The translations under genes were made by a program, and so were the position numbers. This document shows positions 1 through 13,560 of a DNA stretch of 64,000 bases, piece after piece (the first letter of the stretch is position 1; each line of letters starts with the position of its first letter). The DNA is from Tubulanus polymorphus (Eukaryota > Animalia > Nemertea), in NCBI RefSeq assembly GCF_964204645.1, contig NC_134033.1, positions 7,696,655 through 7,760,654 of the forward strand, in the 5' to 3' direction. The notes below the pieces were generated by a model. The model ran no database searches. It saw nothing but the letters and a program-made list of their open reading frames with translations, and was not told the origin of the DNA.

Positions 1-2662
1 TTTATTCGTTGAAAACGAGAGCAGAAAATATGCAGTCAATATGGCTCAGTTATTTCAGAATGTCAATGTAGGCCTATATAATGCCGACACTAAAAGCCCC
101 AGATCGTTGCTTGCTGGTGCAGGTTGAATGGAATTATTTACTGAACTGGAATTTCTTAACTGGATATTTTATATAAACTGAAATTTCAGTGAATCTGCGA
201 TAATCCATACATAGAATATTCGTTACCCCGAATTTTGACTTCAAATTCTGAGCCCGTAATTCAGTCCCGGCAGTTGTGGTGGGTTTGTAGGGACACGCCA
301 AATAAATAAGAGATGAACATAAGCTCTAAATAATGTTGACGGTATTAAAATGATAACAAGATGGCGACAGCGATTCCGATCTCAAAAGCCTATTTCAGGA
401 CTTTGAAACCCGTGAGGTTTGCTCCTATACTATATGCGTTGCCCGATTATGAGACAGATATCAGAAGATATTGAATGAGGACTTATGAATCAGGCGTTAA
501 AATCTTTTTTTTCAAATACTATAAGTTGATTCTTCAACTGGAGGTAATTCTATTTCGTCAGTAATAGAATTCCCGAGCAGACATCAAACCAATACGTCGC
601 TACCAATATGAAACAAAAAATTATTCAAAACAAGAAAATAGAACGCTGTAAGCAGATACCTAAATGAAAATATCATTTAGTTAAGTTAGACTGTTCAAAG
701 ACTAAAAACTGTTCTGCTGGTACTTAAGTACCTTTATTCATGTTCATGGTCAACGTCAATAGAACAAATAGCTCATTAATATCACTGCATCGTGTCAATG
801 CGAACTGTTTCACATATTTGATATATTTTCATGATATAGAATATCCATTCTATTTGTTTTGTTGTATGAAACCGGAACGTCCGATCATAAGTCCAACCTA
901 ATTTGCCTCATTCTCATAACAATGATAATCATATCTAATTTAACTCATTGTGATCGAAACTACACTAAATATATTAATATATTATTTAGATAAAACGAAA
1001 CTTGCTTAAACTAGTGGATTAACATAGTAGATTTTCCATCTGAGTTCTATAAGGGTTTCTATTTTCAAGAAAATGAACAACTGAATCAAACGACCAATTG
1101 TTATCACTACACGAAAATTAAAATATCATTTGGTTTAATCTTATCACACCATTCTCGCATCAGAATTACCACGAGCACCGGCTAAAACTATTAATCTAAA
1201 TGTGATATTTCTTAATGATGACACGACTATTTCGAATCAGTTGCAATGCCGCCTACTACCATGGCCTGATAATTCACATTATTTTGTAAATAACTTTCGC
1301 ATGGTTCACTCTTTCTTCGAGACCATGCATTTGACCGCTATAAAGACTTTCTTTGTAGGCCTATACTAGAGCATTTTATTTATAATTCCGTAACATTACA
1401 ACATAAAGCCACATAGACCGAAAGCGACCAGGCCATTCCGTCTACTCGATAATACCTATTGCACATGGACACGGACTTCAATAATACACACACTATACAT
1501 CACTGCTGGATATTAAGAACACTTAAAAGTCAGTGTATACATTGAACATCCTCAGATTCGTGATTATTTGCTGCATATGTCCTTTCTAGCTATTATATGG
1601 GCATATACACTAATACAGATTAAAGAGCTGACATTTTATCTTTAATCAGTATTCAATCACCATCACTATCCGCTCGCGTATTGTGAATCACTTAGAAAAT
1701 AACCCCAAAGTGGAAAAAGTATAATACACTGTGTCATAAAAGATCCAGTTGCGAGACGATACTGCGATTCAGCTAAACAACTTTTTCATCAATTCCGTTA
1801 ATAGAAATAAAAGCAAACAATACATTTAGAATATATCAAAAATTTAAATGTTTTTGAACATTTGAATGTTTTGCTTTGCATGCTAGTAACAAAATAGATA
1901 ACTGATTTGTGTTGAACCAGTTCCTTTAGGAATAAGATGAAAAGCTTATTTTTTGGTAGTAGTTCATGTCACCTAAATTCTATTATGGCTTGTTTAACTG
2001 AAAACTTCAATAATATCTATAATGCTGGGTATATATATATACACGTACGTGGGTAAGATGATAATTGTTCCGTATAATTTCCTACCGGTTAACTTTTATT
2101 CATGTATTAAAAATTGAATTAATTGAATTTCGTGGTCGATTCCTTGGCGGGTTTTGAATTCTTAATGTCGTGTCAAAATGAGGTCCGCAAATTATTTGAG
2201 TAATTGAGTCTATCGGGTCACGGTGGAGATGGGAAATTATCGAAGGCTTGGATTCCGACATTCCATGTCAAAATGAGTTCCCGGAACTCACTGTTGCTGG
2301 GTTTTTGGAAACGCTTGCCATCGAGGATGGGAATTTGATTATACTGGTGTCCGTTTTGTGCAAATCAATGACATAATAACTCAACATCGCCAATTCTAAG
2401 CCGGCTTGAAAATGAGGTTAAGTGGTTCCCGTGGCTTCAATTCAAAGAAAACAGGTTTTCATCTACTTCAAATTTAAGCCGAAAACAGGGAAATTAACTG
2501 TATTTTCCTTATTTGTCGCATACACCCTTTTATTCTGAATGCAATTGCAAGACCCTCTGATCTGAGAGCTCCAAGCTCTGATGCATGTACGCATGCAAAA
2601 CGTCGCAGAGAGCGATGCCGGCGTTGATGTCACTGAGGCCGGCTGATGATTGTTTGTTCGTC

Positions 2663-2872
2663 TTTTTGTTTGTTTGGCTTTACGTACGTCGTTTGGATCT
2701 TGGTTTCCCAAGACTATTCCTATTGGATTGTTCATTTAACCTCACGACGGTACGGCCTTTGAAGTGTTGCCCGCACACTGTTCGCAGCCAGCAGGACTCG
2801 AACCCACTTGTAACTCAGCATTGATAGTGGATTCAACAGCATCACGCCTTATCTCACTGAGCTACCGAGGCC
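2663..2872 (-). mobile_element. tRNA-derived SINE
   Basis: Minus strand begins GGCCTCGGTAGCTCAGTGAG (A box), has GGTTCGAGTCC (B box), a ~120-bp body and a GTAAAGCCAAACAAACAAAAA tail; a similar tail occurs near 23220. Confidence 0.65.
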
Positions 2873-3993
2873 GCTCGATTCAATTCCAAAAAAACTACAG
2901 CAGCCGCAAATAACCATCGCAATATTGCAATTTACGACGAACAACGTGTAAATTCAATCACTGTTGTTTAACGCATGGAAAAGATAATAAAAGGTATTTT
3001 TCCCGGCGCGCATTACAAAGCGAATCTCTGCCGAGTGCGTAAGAGGGTGCTACCGCCTTATGAGTGCGCAGCAGGCGGGTAGGGCGTCCTAAAAAGAAAA
3101 CTTGTATTAGAATATAGCCGAATCGAATTTTACAATGTCAGTCAACTGATTGATAATATAACATGGTTGTTCTCGGTGTACTTAACAATGATATTTTCCT
3201 CCGATAAACAACTCTGGTAAAATTGAATAAAATGATCTATCTTTATTGGTGATACCGTATCATGGTGGTAGCCTACCGTTTACCGTTTGATGTTTTGTGT
3301 CATCATGAAATGGTTTAAACTTCAGTAAAGGCGTTCCCGCACGATCACATACGGGTTTCAGTCACAAGCAGGCTGCCGTTCCACTGCTCTAGAAATACGT
3401 ATTCTGACGCTGAGAATTAATCCCAAATAATCCCATGGATACTGATAGTTGGAATAACAGTGATATCCAAACACTGTGATATTTATAAACCGGAGGTATA
3501 TAATTTTATGTTTTTCTATTCAGAAGAGGCTGTTCCCCATTCTTTACTGCCAATGTCAATGCGGACATATCGCTACGCGATTGTTTAACCCGCTCTCATC
3601 TATCAGATAATGAACGAGAAAAATGCGATCGAATAACTTTTTGGACCATTAAATCAGAAATATGGCGACGCTATGTTGTGGGGAATAAATGAAACATTTT
3701 TTTTCTAGTCATTTTCAGCTGTTTCTAATGTTTTACGTGAACGGAGTGACAATTTTAAGTTACTATGAAAATTAGAAGAGTCGGCGCGATTTTTTCGTAC
3801 TACTATTTTCGATCCATTTTACTAGCATTGGCATGACGTCATAGACGTCAACCAATGCTAACTAGTTTAAATCCGTTCGATGATAAAAGATATATTTTGG
3901 GTGATGGAATAAAAACATTACCTTATGGTCATTAAAAAAGAAAATCAATATCATCATACTCGAAATCACTATTGGCTTATTCATTTTCATTTA

Positions 3994-4230
3994 ATTAGGG
4001 TTTTCTGTTACATCACAGAAAACCCTATTGAGATTCGCGTGTTTCTTATTAGGGTTTTCTGTTATTTCACAGAAAACCCTATTGATATCCGCGTGATTAT
4101 TAGGGTTTTCTGTTACATCACAGAAAACCCTATTGAGATTCGCGTGTTTCTTATTATTATTATTATTAGGGTTTTCTGTTACGGGTTTTCTGTTACATCA
4201 CAGAAAACCCTATTGAGATTCGCGTGTTTC

Positions 4231-4268
<38 letters not shown>

Positions 4269-7200
4269 TTTTTCCACACATTTTTTGTCAAAAGTACATA
4301 GGCTTTTTTACATTACCGCTGTTGCCGATACAATCCGTCTGATATCATTCAGCTCAGTTCGATCTACAAATACTCCGTGCGAATTTTGAAGAATCAACGT
4401 TACAAAAGCACTGTCGGGCCGTAAACATCGAAAATTGAGCCCCATTCAAAGAGCCGACATGTTTTTCTAAGTCGTCTTTCCGAAATCTACCGCACGTTTC
4501 TTGTCACGTCGATTATCAATTCAAGCATAAATTAACAAATTTATTACCGAAAGATTGCACATTCTGTCGCGGTTTTTAAAAACTAATTTTAACAGTAACC
4601 CATTTTCCTCATCAAATTATATTACTGATACAGAGGAAATTTACTACTTTAGATTTTAAAAGCGCTGTCGAGCCGTAAACATCGACAAATCATCGTCGTT
4701 CCGGGGCTGAGAATCAAATCGAGTACAAATTAATTTATTACTACCAGTGATTTGGATGCGGGCGTTAAGCAGTTAATTTAGCAATACCTATTTTTCTTTA
4801 CCAAATTAACCGTGTATTTACTAAGATAAATCATGAGTGTACCGGGGAGTCGTAGGCCTAAAGTAAACACGCCGAAGAGATATAGCGGAGAAAAGCTCTT
4901 ATGTCGACGAGGTATCAAAATAAAAGAATATATTACTTTATTCGGCCGCGGGCTTCAACCATTTATCAATACTCTATATTTCCTACAGTACATACCGATC
5001 ATTGTCAAATGCACAAGGTATTTACTAAATACAAGTATATAACACACTCCTATCCATATGCTGGACTCACACTTGACTTTCGGAGTAAGCGTTCGCTGTG
5101 GGGGAAAGGAGATCGTTCGCTGTGTCGCTTGAAGCGTTTATCGAGTTTTACGCGACCTTAAGGCTTTAGTATGGTTGATAAGATAAAAAAAACACGAATA
5201 TGCAAATGAGGGCGACATTACGACAAAACGACAAAACTAAAATAACGCGAGAAAACAATGATTTTGATTTTGTCGCCCGCGACAATTCATTATTTTGGTT
5301 TTGTCGCCCGCGAAAATTCAATATTTTGGTTTTATCGCCCACGACAATTCACTACTTTGGTTTTATCGCCAGCGACAATTCATTATTTTGGTTTTGTCGC
5401 CCGCGACAATTCATTATTTTGGTTTTATATTTTGTTTTTGTCGCCCGCGACAATTTTTTTTTTTGGTTTTGTCGCCCGCGACAATTCAATATTTTGGTTT
5501 TATCGCCCGCGATAATTCATTATTTTGGTTTTGTCGCCCGAGACAATTCATTATTTTGGTTTTATCGCCGGCGACAATTCATTATTACGGTTTTATCGCC
5601 CGCGACAATTCATTATTTTGGTTTTGTCGCCCGCGACAATTCACCATTTTGGTTTTATCGCCCGCGACAATTCATTATTTTGGTTTTACCGCCTGCGACA
5701 ATTCATTATTTTGGTTTTATCGCCCGCGACAATTCATTATTTTGGTTTTGTCGCCCCGACAATTCTTTTTTTGGTTTTGTCGCCCGCGACAATTCATTAG
5801 TTTGGTTTTGTCGCCCGCGACAATTCAATATTTTGGTTTTGTCGCCCGCGTCAATTCATTACTTTGGTTTTATCTCCAGCGACAATTCATTATTTTGGTT
5901 TTGTCGCCCGCGACAATTCATTATTTTGGTTTTATCGTCCGCGACAATTCATTATTTTGGTTTTATCGCCCGCGACAATTCATTATTTTGGTTTTGTCGC
6001 CCCGACAATTCTTTTTTTGGTTTTGTCGCCCGCGACAATTCATTAGTTTGGTTTTGTCGCCCGCGACAATTCAATATTTTGGTTTTGTCGCCCGCGACAA
6101 TTCATTACTTTGGTTTTATCTCCAGCGACAATTCATTATTTTGGTTTTGTCGCCCGCGACAATTCATTATTTTGGTTTTATATTTTGTTTTAGTCGCCCC
6201 CGACAATTTTTTTTGGTTTTGTCGCCCGCGACAATTCATTATTTTGGTTTTATCGCCCGCGACAATTCAATATTTTGGTTTTATCGCCCGCGATAATTCA
6301 TTATTTTGGTTTTATTGCCCGCGACAATTCATTATTTTGGTTTTGTCGCACGAGACAATTCATTATTTTGGTTTTATCGCCCGAAGAAAATTTTGAAGAC
6401 GCTTTGATCAATTACCTTGATCTTACGTTTATATTTGAATCTACCAAAGGCCCATCAGCATAAGAAATTTGGGTCGATCTGACTCAAGATGGCCGTCCTA
6501 TGACCGTTTTAGTGCCCAAAAATGTCAATTTTGGCCAGAATTCTAGGTCCTGTAGCTTCCTACTGGTTTGCCATTTCTCATTGCAATTGCTGATGGATAT
6601 TCTTTAGAGAGGGATGTTTTATACCTGGGACAGGTATTATTGATCAGCCAATTATGACGCAATTGGCGGCCATCTTGGTGTCATCAGTACTCATTCGTAG
6701 GTGGGAAAAAGTTTTTCCACAATTAATTGATACCTAAGCATATTGTGTTACTATATTCAATTGGAAAGTTGTAGCCCATAAAGTGTTCTATGATTTTGGT
6801 GACTTTCAAGGTCATTGGTTTTTGTATGTGGCCATCAGGGGGCGTTGAATAATACAATAACTTAGTATCGCTATATTATATTTGTACCAAGGCATATTTT
6901 GTTACCATGATCAATGGCAAAGTTGTAGTTCATGACATCGTCTATGATTGTGGTGAGTTGTTAAGGACATTAGTTATTCCATATAGTCACCAAAGGGCGT
7001 TGAATAGTAGAAAAGCTTAGTTTTTCCTTATTAGATTGGTACCTAGGCATAGTTTGTTACCATGATCCATTGCAAAGTTGTAGTTCATGACATCGTCTAT
7101 GATTGTGGTGAGTTTTTAAGGACATTAGTTATTCCATATAGTCACCAGGGGGCGCTGAATAGTAAAATGGCTTAGTATTTCCTTATTAGATTGGTACCTA

Positions 7201-7345
7201 GGCATATTTTGTTACTATGATCAATTGCAAAGTTGTATTTCATGACATGTACTACGATTGTGGTGAGTTTTAAGGTCATTGGGTTTTGTATATGGTCACC
7301 AGGGGGGCATTGAATAGTAGAATAACTTGTTATAATAATTAATAT
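3994..7345 (+). mobile_element. Non-autonomous Helentron-type element (HINE family A), copy 1, 3'-truncated
   Basis: 5' hairpin head TAGGGTTTTCTG-TTACATCA-CAGAAAACCCTA, (TTA)n tract, ~1-kb body shared with 7490-8500 and 25385-26380, then a 31-bp array. A deletion at ~6385 fuses it to family-B internal sequence. Confidence 0.75.
5262..6385 (+). repeat. 31-bp minisatellite with internal palindrome
   Basis: Unit TTTTGGTTTTGTCGCCCGCGACAATTCATTA (TTGTCGC-CC-GCGACAA stem). Confidence 0.95.
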
Positions 7346-8509
7346 AATAATAATTATTATTATTAGGGTTTTCTGTTACATCACAGAAAACCCTATTGAG
7401 ATTCGCGTGTTTCTTATTATTAGGGTTTTCTGTTACATCACAGAAAACCCTATTGAGATTCGCGTGTTTCTTATTATTAATATTTTTTTCCACACATTTT
7501 TTGTCAAAAGTACATAGGCTTTTTTACATTACCGCTGTTGCCGATACAATCCGTCTGATATCATTCAGCTCAGTTCGATCTACAAATACTCCGTGCGAAT
7601 TTTGAAGAATCAACGTTACAAAAGCACTGTCGGGCCGTAAACATCGAAAATTGAGCCCCATTCAAAGAGCCGACATGTTTTTCTCGTCTTTCCGAAATCT
7701 ACCGCACGTTTCTTGTCACGTCGATTATCAATTCAAGCATAAATTAACAAATTTATTACCGAAAGATTGCACATTCTGTCGCGGTTTTTAAAAACTAATT
7801 TTAACAGTAACCCATTTTCCTCATCAAATCATATTACTGATACACAGGAAATTTACTACTTTAGATTTTAAAAGCACTGTCGAGCCGTAAACATCGACAA
7901 ATCGACGTGTGTCACTACATCGTCGTTCCGGGAATCAGCTGCGAGTTTCTCCTCATTCTGAGAATCAAATCGAGTACAAATTAATTTATTACTACCAGTG
8001 ATTTGGCTGCGGGCGTCAAGCAGTTAATTTAGCAATACCTATTTTTCTTTACCAAATTTACCGTGTTTTTACTAAGATAAATCATAAGTGTACCGGGGAG
8101 TCGTAGGCCTAAACTAAACACGCCGATGAAATATAGCGGAGAAAAGCTGTTATGTCGACGAGATATCAAAATAAAAGAATATATTACTTTATTCTGCTGC
8201 GGCCCTCTATATCAATACCATCAATACTCTATATTTCCTACAGTACATACCGATCATTGTCAAATCCACAAGGTATTTACTAATTACAAGTATATAACAC
8301 AATCCTATCCGTATGCTGGACTCATACTTGACATTCGGAGTAAGTGTTCGCTGTGGGGGAAAGGAGATCGTTCGCTGTGTCGCTTGAAGTGTTTATCGAG
8401 TTTTACGCGACCTTTAAGCTTTAGTATGGTGGCTGATAAGATAAAAAAACACGAATATGCAAATGAGGGCGACATTACGACAAAACTAAAATAACGCGAG
8501 AAAACAATG

Positions 8510-10420
8510 ATTTTGATTTTGTCGCCCGCGACAATTCATTATTTTGGTTTTATCGCCCACGACAATTCATTACTTTGGTTTTATCGTCAGCGACAATGCA
8601 TTATTTTGGTTTTGTCGCCCTCGACAATTCAATATTTTGGTTTTATCGCCTGCGACAATTCAATATTTTGGTTTTATCGCCCGCGATAATTCATTATTTT
8701 GGTTTTGTCGCGTGAGAAAATTCATTATTTTGGTTTTATCGCCCGCGACAATTCATTATTACTGTTTTATCGCTCGCGACAAGTCATTATTTTGGTTTTG
8801 TCGCCCGCGACAATTCATTACTTTGGTTTTATCGTCAGCGACAATGCATTATTTTGGTTTTGTCGCCCTCGACAATTCAATATTTTGGTTTTATCGCCTG
8901 CGACAATTCAATATTTTGGTTTTATCGCCCGCGATAATTCATTATTTTGGTTTTGTCGCGTGAGAAAATTCATTATTTTGGTTTTATCGCCCGCGACAAT
9001 TCATTATTACTGTTTTATCGCCCGCGACAAGTCATTATTTTGGTTTTTTCGCCCGCGACAATTCACCATTTTGGTTTTGTCGCCCGCGACAATTCATTAT
9101 TTTGGTTTTATCGCCCGCGACAATTCATTATTTCGGTTTTATCGCCCGCGACAATTCATTATTTTGGTTTTGTCGTCCCGACAATTCTTTTTTTGGTTTT
9201 GTCGCCCGCGACAATTCAATATTTTGGTTTAATCTCCAGCGACAATTCATTATTTTGGTTTTATCGCCCACGACAATTCATTATTACTGTTTTATCGCCC
9301 GCGACAAGTCATTATTTTGGTTTTGTCGCCCGCGACAATTCATTATTTTGGTTTTATCGCCCGCGACAATTCAATATTTTGGTTTTATCGCCCGCGATAA
9401 TTCATTATTTTGGTTTTATCGCCCGCGACAATTCATTAGTTTGGTTTTGTCGCCCGCGACAATTCATTAGTTTGGTTTTGTCGCCCGCGACAATTCATTA
9501 GTTTGGTTTTGTCGCCCACGACAATTCATTATTTTGGTTTTATCGCCCGCGACAATTCACCATTTTGGTTTTGTCGCCTGGACAATTCACCATTTTGGTT
9601 TTGTCGCCCCAACAATTCTTTTTTTGGTTTTGTCGCCCGCGACAATTCATTACTTTGGTTTTGTCGACCGCGACAATTCAATATTTTGGTTTTATCGCCC
9701 ACGACAATTCATTACTTTGGTTTTATCTCCAGCGACAATTTATTATTTTGATTTCGTCGCCCGCGACAATTCTTCTTTTTGGTTTTGACGCCCGCGACAA
9801 TTCATTATTTTGGTTTTATATTTTGTTTTTGTCGCCTGCGACAATTTTCTTTTTGGTTTTGACGCCCGCGACAATTCATTATTTTGGTTTTATATTTTGT
9901 TTTTGTCGCCCGCGACAATTTTTTTTTTGTGGTTTTGTCGCCCGCGACAATTCAATATTTTTGTTTTGTCGCCCGCGACAATTCATTATTTTGGTTTTAT
10001 GGCCCGCGACAATTCAATATTTTGGTTTTATCACCCGCGATAATTCATTATTTTGGCTTTATCGCCCGCGACAATTCAATATTTGGTTTTTATCGCCCGC
10101 GACAATTCATTATTTTGGTTTTGTCGCCCGCGGCAATTCTTTATTTTGTTTTTATCGCCCGCGACAATTCATTATTTTGGTTTTGTCGCCCGCGGCAATT
10201 CATTATTTTGGTTTTTTCGCACGTGACAATTCAATATTTTGTTTTTGTCGCCTAAGACAATTCATTATTTTGGTTTTATCGCCTGCGACAATTCAATATT
10301 TTGGTTTTATCGCCCGCGACAATTCATTAGTTTGGTTTTGTCACCCGTGACAATTCAATATTTTGGTTTTATCACCCGCGACAATTCATTTGTTTTGTTT
10401 TGTCGTCCGCAACAATTCTT
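8510..10420 (+). repeat. 31-bp minisatellite
   Basis: Same unit as 5262-6385, roughly 60 degenerate copies. Confidence 0.95.
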
Positions 10421-12086
10421 TTTCAGTCCACTTGGGACTTTAGTTATTTTGGGAAGTTTTGAAGACGCTTCAAGGTAATGTCTTGATATTTGGTGTATAC
10501 ATGTATCTACCCTAGACACATCGTCAGCCAAAAAACTGGCCCTGTCAGATTCAAGATGGCCGAATGGCAGCCATTGTTGTTCGCCAAAATCAGCACTTTT
10601 TAAACATTTTCGAATTTTTCGTGGGAAATTTTGAAGACGCTTTGATCAATTACCTTGATCTTTCGTTTATATTCGAATCTACCAAAGGCCCATCAGCATA
10701 AGAAAATTGGGTCGATCTGACTCAAGATGGCCGTCCTATGACCTTTTTAGTGCCCAAAAATGTCGAATTTGGCCAGAATTCTAGGTCCTGTAGCTTCCTA
10801 CTGGTTTGCCATTTCTCATTGCAATTGCTGATGGGTATTCTTTTGAGAGGGATGTTTTATACCTGGGACAGGTATTTTTGATCAGCCAATTATGACGCAA
10901 TTGGCGGCCATCTTGGTGTCATCAGTACTCATTCGTAGGTGGGAAAAAGTTTTTCCACATTTAATTGATACCTAAGCATATTGTGTTATTATATTCAATT
11001 GGAAAGTTGTAGCCCATAACGTGTTCTATGATTTTGGTGAGTTTCAAGGTCATTGGTTTTTGTATGTGGCCATCAGGGGGCGTTGAATAATACAATAACT
11101 TAGTATCGCTATATTATATTTGTACCAAGGCATATTTTGTTACCATGATCAATTGCAAAGTTGTAGTTCATGACATCGTCTGATTGTGGTGAGTTTTTAA
11201 GCACATTAGTTATTCCATATAGTCACCAGGGGGCGTTGAATAGTAGAAAAGCTTAGTTTTTCCTTATTAGATCGGTACCTAGGCATAGTTTGTTACCATG
11301 ATCAATTGCAAAGTTGTAGTTCATGACATCTTCTATGCTTGTGGTGAGTTTTTAAGGACATTAGTTATTCCATATAGTCACCAGGGGGCGTTGAATACTA
11401 GAATGGCTTAGTATTTCCTTATTAGATTGGTACCTAGGCATATTTTGTTACTATGATGAATTGCAAATTTGTATTTCATGACATGTACTACGATTGTGGT
11501 GAGTTTTAAGGTCATTGGATTTTGCATATGGTCACCAGGGGGCGTTGAATAGTAGAAAAGCTTAGTATTTCCTTATTAGATTGGTACCTAGGCATAGTTT
11601 GTTACCATGATCAATTGCAAAGTTGTAGTTCATGACATCGTCTATGATTGTGGTGAGTTTTTAAGGACATTAGTTATTCCATATAATCACCAGGGGGCGT
11701 TGAATAGTAGAATGGCTTAGTATTTCCTTATTAGATTGGTACCTAGGCATATTTTGTTACTATGATCAATTGCAAAAATGTATTTCATGACATGTACTAC
11801 GATTGTGGTGAGTTTTAAGGTCATTGGGTTTGGCATATGGTCACCAGGTGGCGTTGAATAGTAGAATAACTTAGTATTTTTATATTAAATTGGTAACGAG
11901 GCATATTTTGTTATCACAATCAATTACAAAATCATAGATGCTCACATGTTCTATGATTGTGGTGGGTTTCAAGGTCATTGGTTTTTGTATATGGTCACTA
12001 GAGGGCGTTATGTATTGAAATTGTTAGATTGTTGAGCATTTGAAACCACTTCCCAAGTGAGCATGGTGTCCCTGGACCCCTAGTTT
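10419..12086 (+). mobile_element. HINE family B nested in the 31-bp array, with internal ~155-bp tandem repeats
   Basis: Starts TTTTCAGTCCACTTGGGA and ends CCCAAGTGAGCATGGTGTCCCTGGACCCCTAGTTT (subterminal inverted repeat plus 3' stem), in T-rich context. The copy at 29608 keeps the (GTCC)n tract typical of DINE-1/HINE elements. Confidence 0.7.
10960..12010 (+). repeat. ~155-bp tandem repeat (about 7 units)
   Basis: CAGGGGGCG anchor recurs at 11074, 11227, 11382, 11536, 11691, 11845 (spacing 153-155). Confidence 0.9.
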
Positions 12087-12676
12087 TGTTTTGTCGCACG
12101 CAACAATTCAATATTTTGTTTTTGTCGTCCGTGACAATTCATTATTTTGGTTTTATCGCCCGTGACAATTCAATATTTTGGTTTTAACGCCCGCAACAAT
12201 TCATTATTGTTGTTTTTTCTCCCGCGACAATTCATTATTTTTGTTTTGTCGCCCGTGACTATTCAATATTTTGGTTTTGTCAAATCGCGACAATTAATAA
12301 TTTTGGTTTTGTCGCCCGTGGTTTTGTCGGAACATTAAGGTTTTTGGTCGAACAGTGTGTTAAGGTCGTTTTGGAAATTTACTCGGTCTGGTATATTTTG
12401 GATTACTGTGTATGTCATTTGTCAGGACATTAAACAGAAGACGACTTAGGATACTACCTTGCGTGACTCCACTAGTTAGACCGTCTCATTCCAAGATGAG
12501 GCGTTCCGTTGATTTCGGTTACAAGTTTCCGTTCAAAGATAACTGCTGAGCCATTTGGGCGACCTATCATTGATACTGTTTCCTAATAGCCTGTTTAGTA
12601 ATGGCTGATGTTGAGCCTTATCAAATGCTTTGTCGAAATCCACCGTTGAACAGGATTCTAACTCTTACGAAAATGG

Positions 12677-13070
12677 TACACGTGTAATTGTAAATGAAAA
12701 TACACGTGTATTTCAAGTACACGTGTAAAATTTGCCCAATTTTACACGTGTACTTTATCCCAATTACACGTGTACTTCATCCAAATTACACGTGTATTAC
12801 ACGTGTACTTCATCCAAATTACACGTGTATTACACGTGTACTTCATCCAAATTACACGTGTACTTCATCCTAATTACACGTGTACTTCATCCAAATTACA
12901 CGTGTACTTCATCCTAATTACATGTGTACTTCATCCAAATTACACGTGTATTACACGTGTACTTCATCCTTATTACACGTGTTTTTCATCTTGTATTACA
13001 CGTGTACTTTATCCTAATTACACGTGTATTTCATCCAATATTACACGTGTCTTACACGCTAAATACATGT
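12677..13070. repeat. 22-bp minisatellite built on the palindrome TACACGTGTA
   Basis: Unit CTTCATCCAAATTACACGTGTA; about 18 CACGTG cores. Confidence 0.9.
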
Positions 13071-13560
13071 ATCTTCAATTGCCATTTTTTGTTGAATTCA
13101 AATCAAACCACCATGTGAGGAAATCTCCTTAATCCATGTGCTGTTTAGAATGAACATACTCAAGAGATTCACATTTTCCATACTAACTGATTTATTCATC
13201 TTCATAAATTTTATAAATCTTTGAGTTATGGCATGTCTTATGTTGGCCTCTTTCGCACCCTTCTCCTTTCGACATTGTTCTGAAATGATAACCATTTGAA
13301 AAAATTAAGCAAAAGTATACAATGATTTCTTTACCCGGATAAATAATTCAACTTCAGCTGCTTGGGATGATGATTGAATTCTGTAGCTTTTTCTAAGATT
13401 CTTCTGCATATAACAGTTAACAGTTTTTGCACTCTTCAATGACTTGATTTTAAGCCATATGGTGAAATGCTTGACAATCTGGAAATTTCAATGTTCAACG
13501 CCACCTGATGAAAAACAAGGGGTCTAGGGACACCATGCCCATATGGTTTCGAATGCTAAC

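Larger units (their letters stand above)
7361..12661 (+). mobile_element. HINE family A, copy 2 (contains nested family B; last ~40 bp replaced)
   Basis: Two heads, body, 31-bp array, nested B element, then 3' unique region to CAGGATTCTAA, where it is interrupted. Confidence 0.75.

Noticed and set aside
1-2460. Host coding exons in the first 2.5 kb and in 61830-64000
   Set aside because: No recognisable protein similarity or convincing splice-bounded frame by eye; short exons, including further URB2 exons, cannot be excluded.
2785-2872. Functional tRNA gene
   Set aside because: Poor acceptor and anticodon stems; continues into a SINE body and tail.
3994-4010. TTAGGG telomere-like hexamers
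   Set aside because: Single copies forming part of the HINE head, not tandem telomeric arrays.
3994-4232. CRISPR-like appearance of palindromic repeats (heads and 31-bp units)
   Set aside because: No unique spacers, no cas genes, eukaryotic context.
5200-10478. Long ORFs (up to 398 aa; also 26385-28016 and 29210-29763) of VLSPATIHYFGFIARDNSLFWFCRPRQFII repeats
   Set aside because: Artefact of a 31-bp unit lacking plus-strand stops; all three frames are open and the peptides simply cycle.
12732-13132. ORFs of YTCTSSKLHV / ITRVLHP repeats
   Set aside because: Translation of the 22-bp minisatellite.
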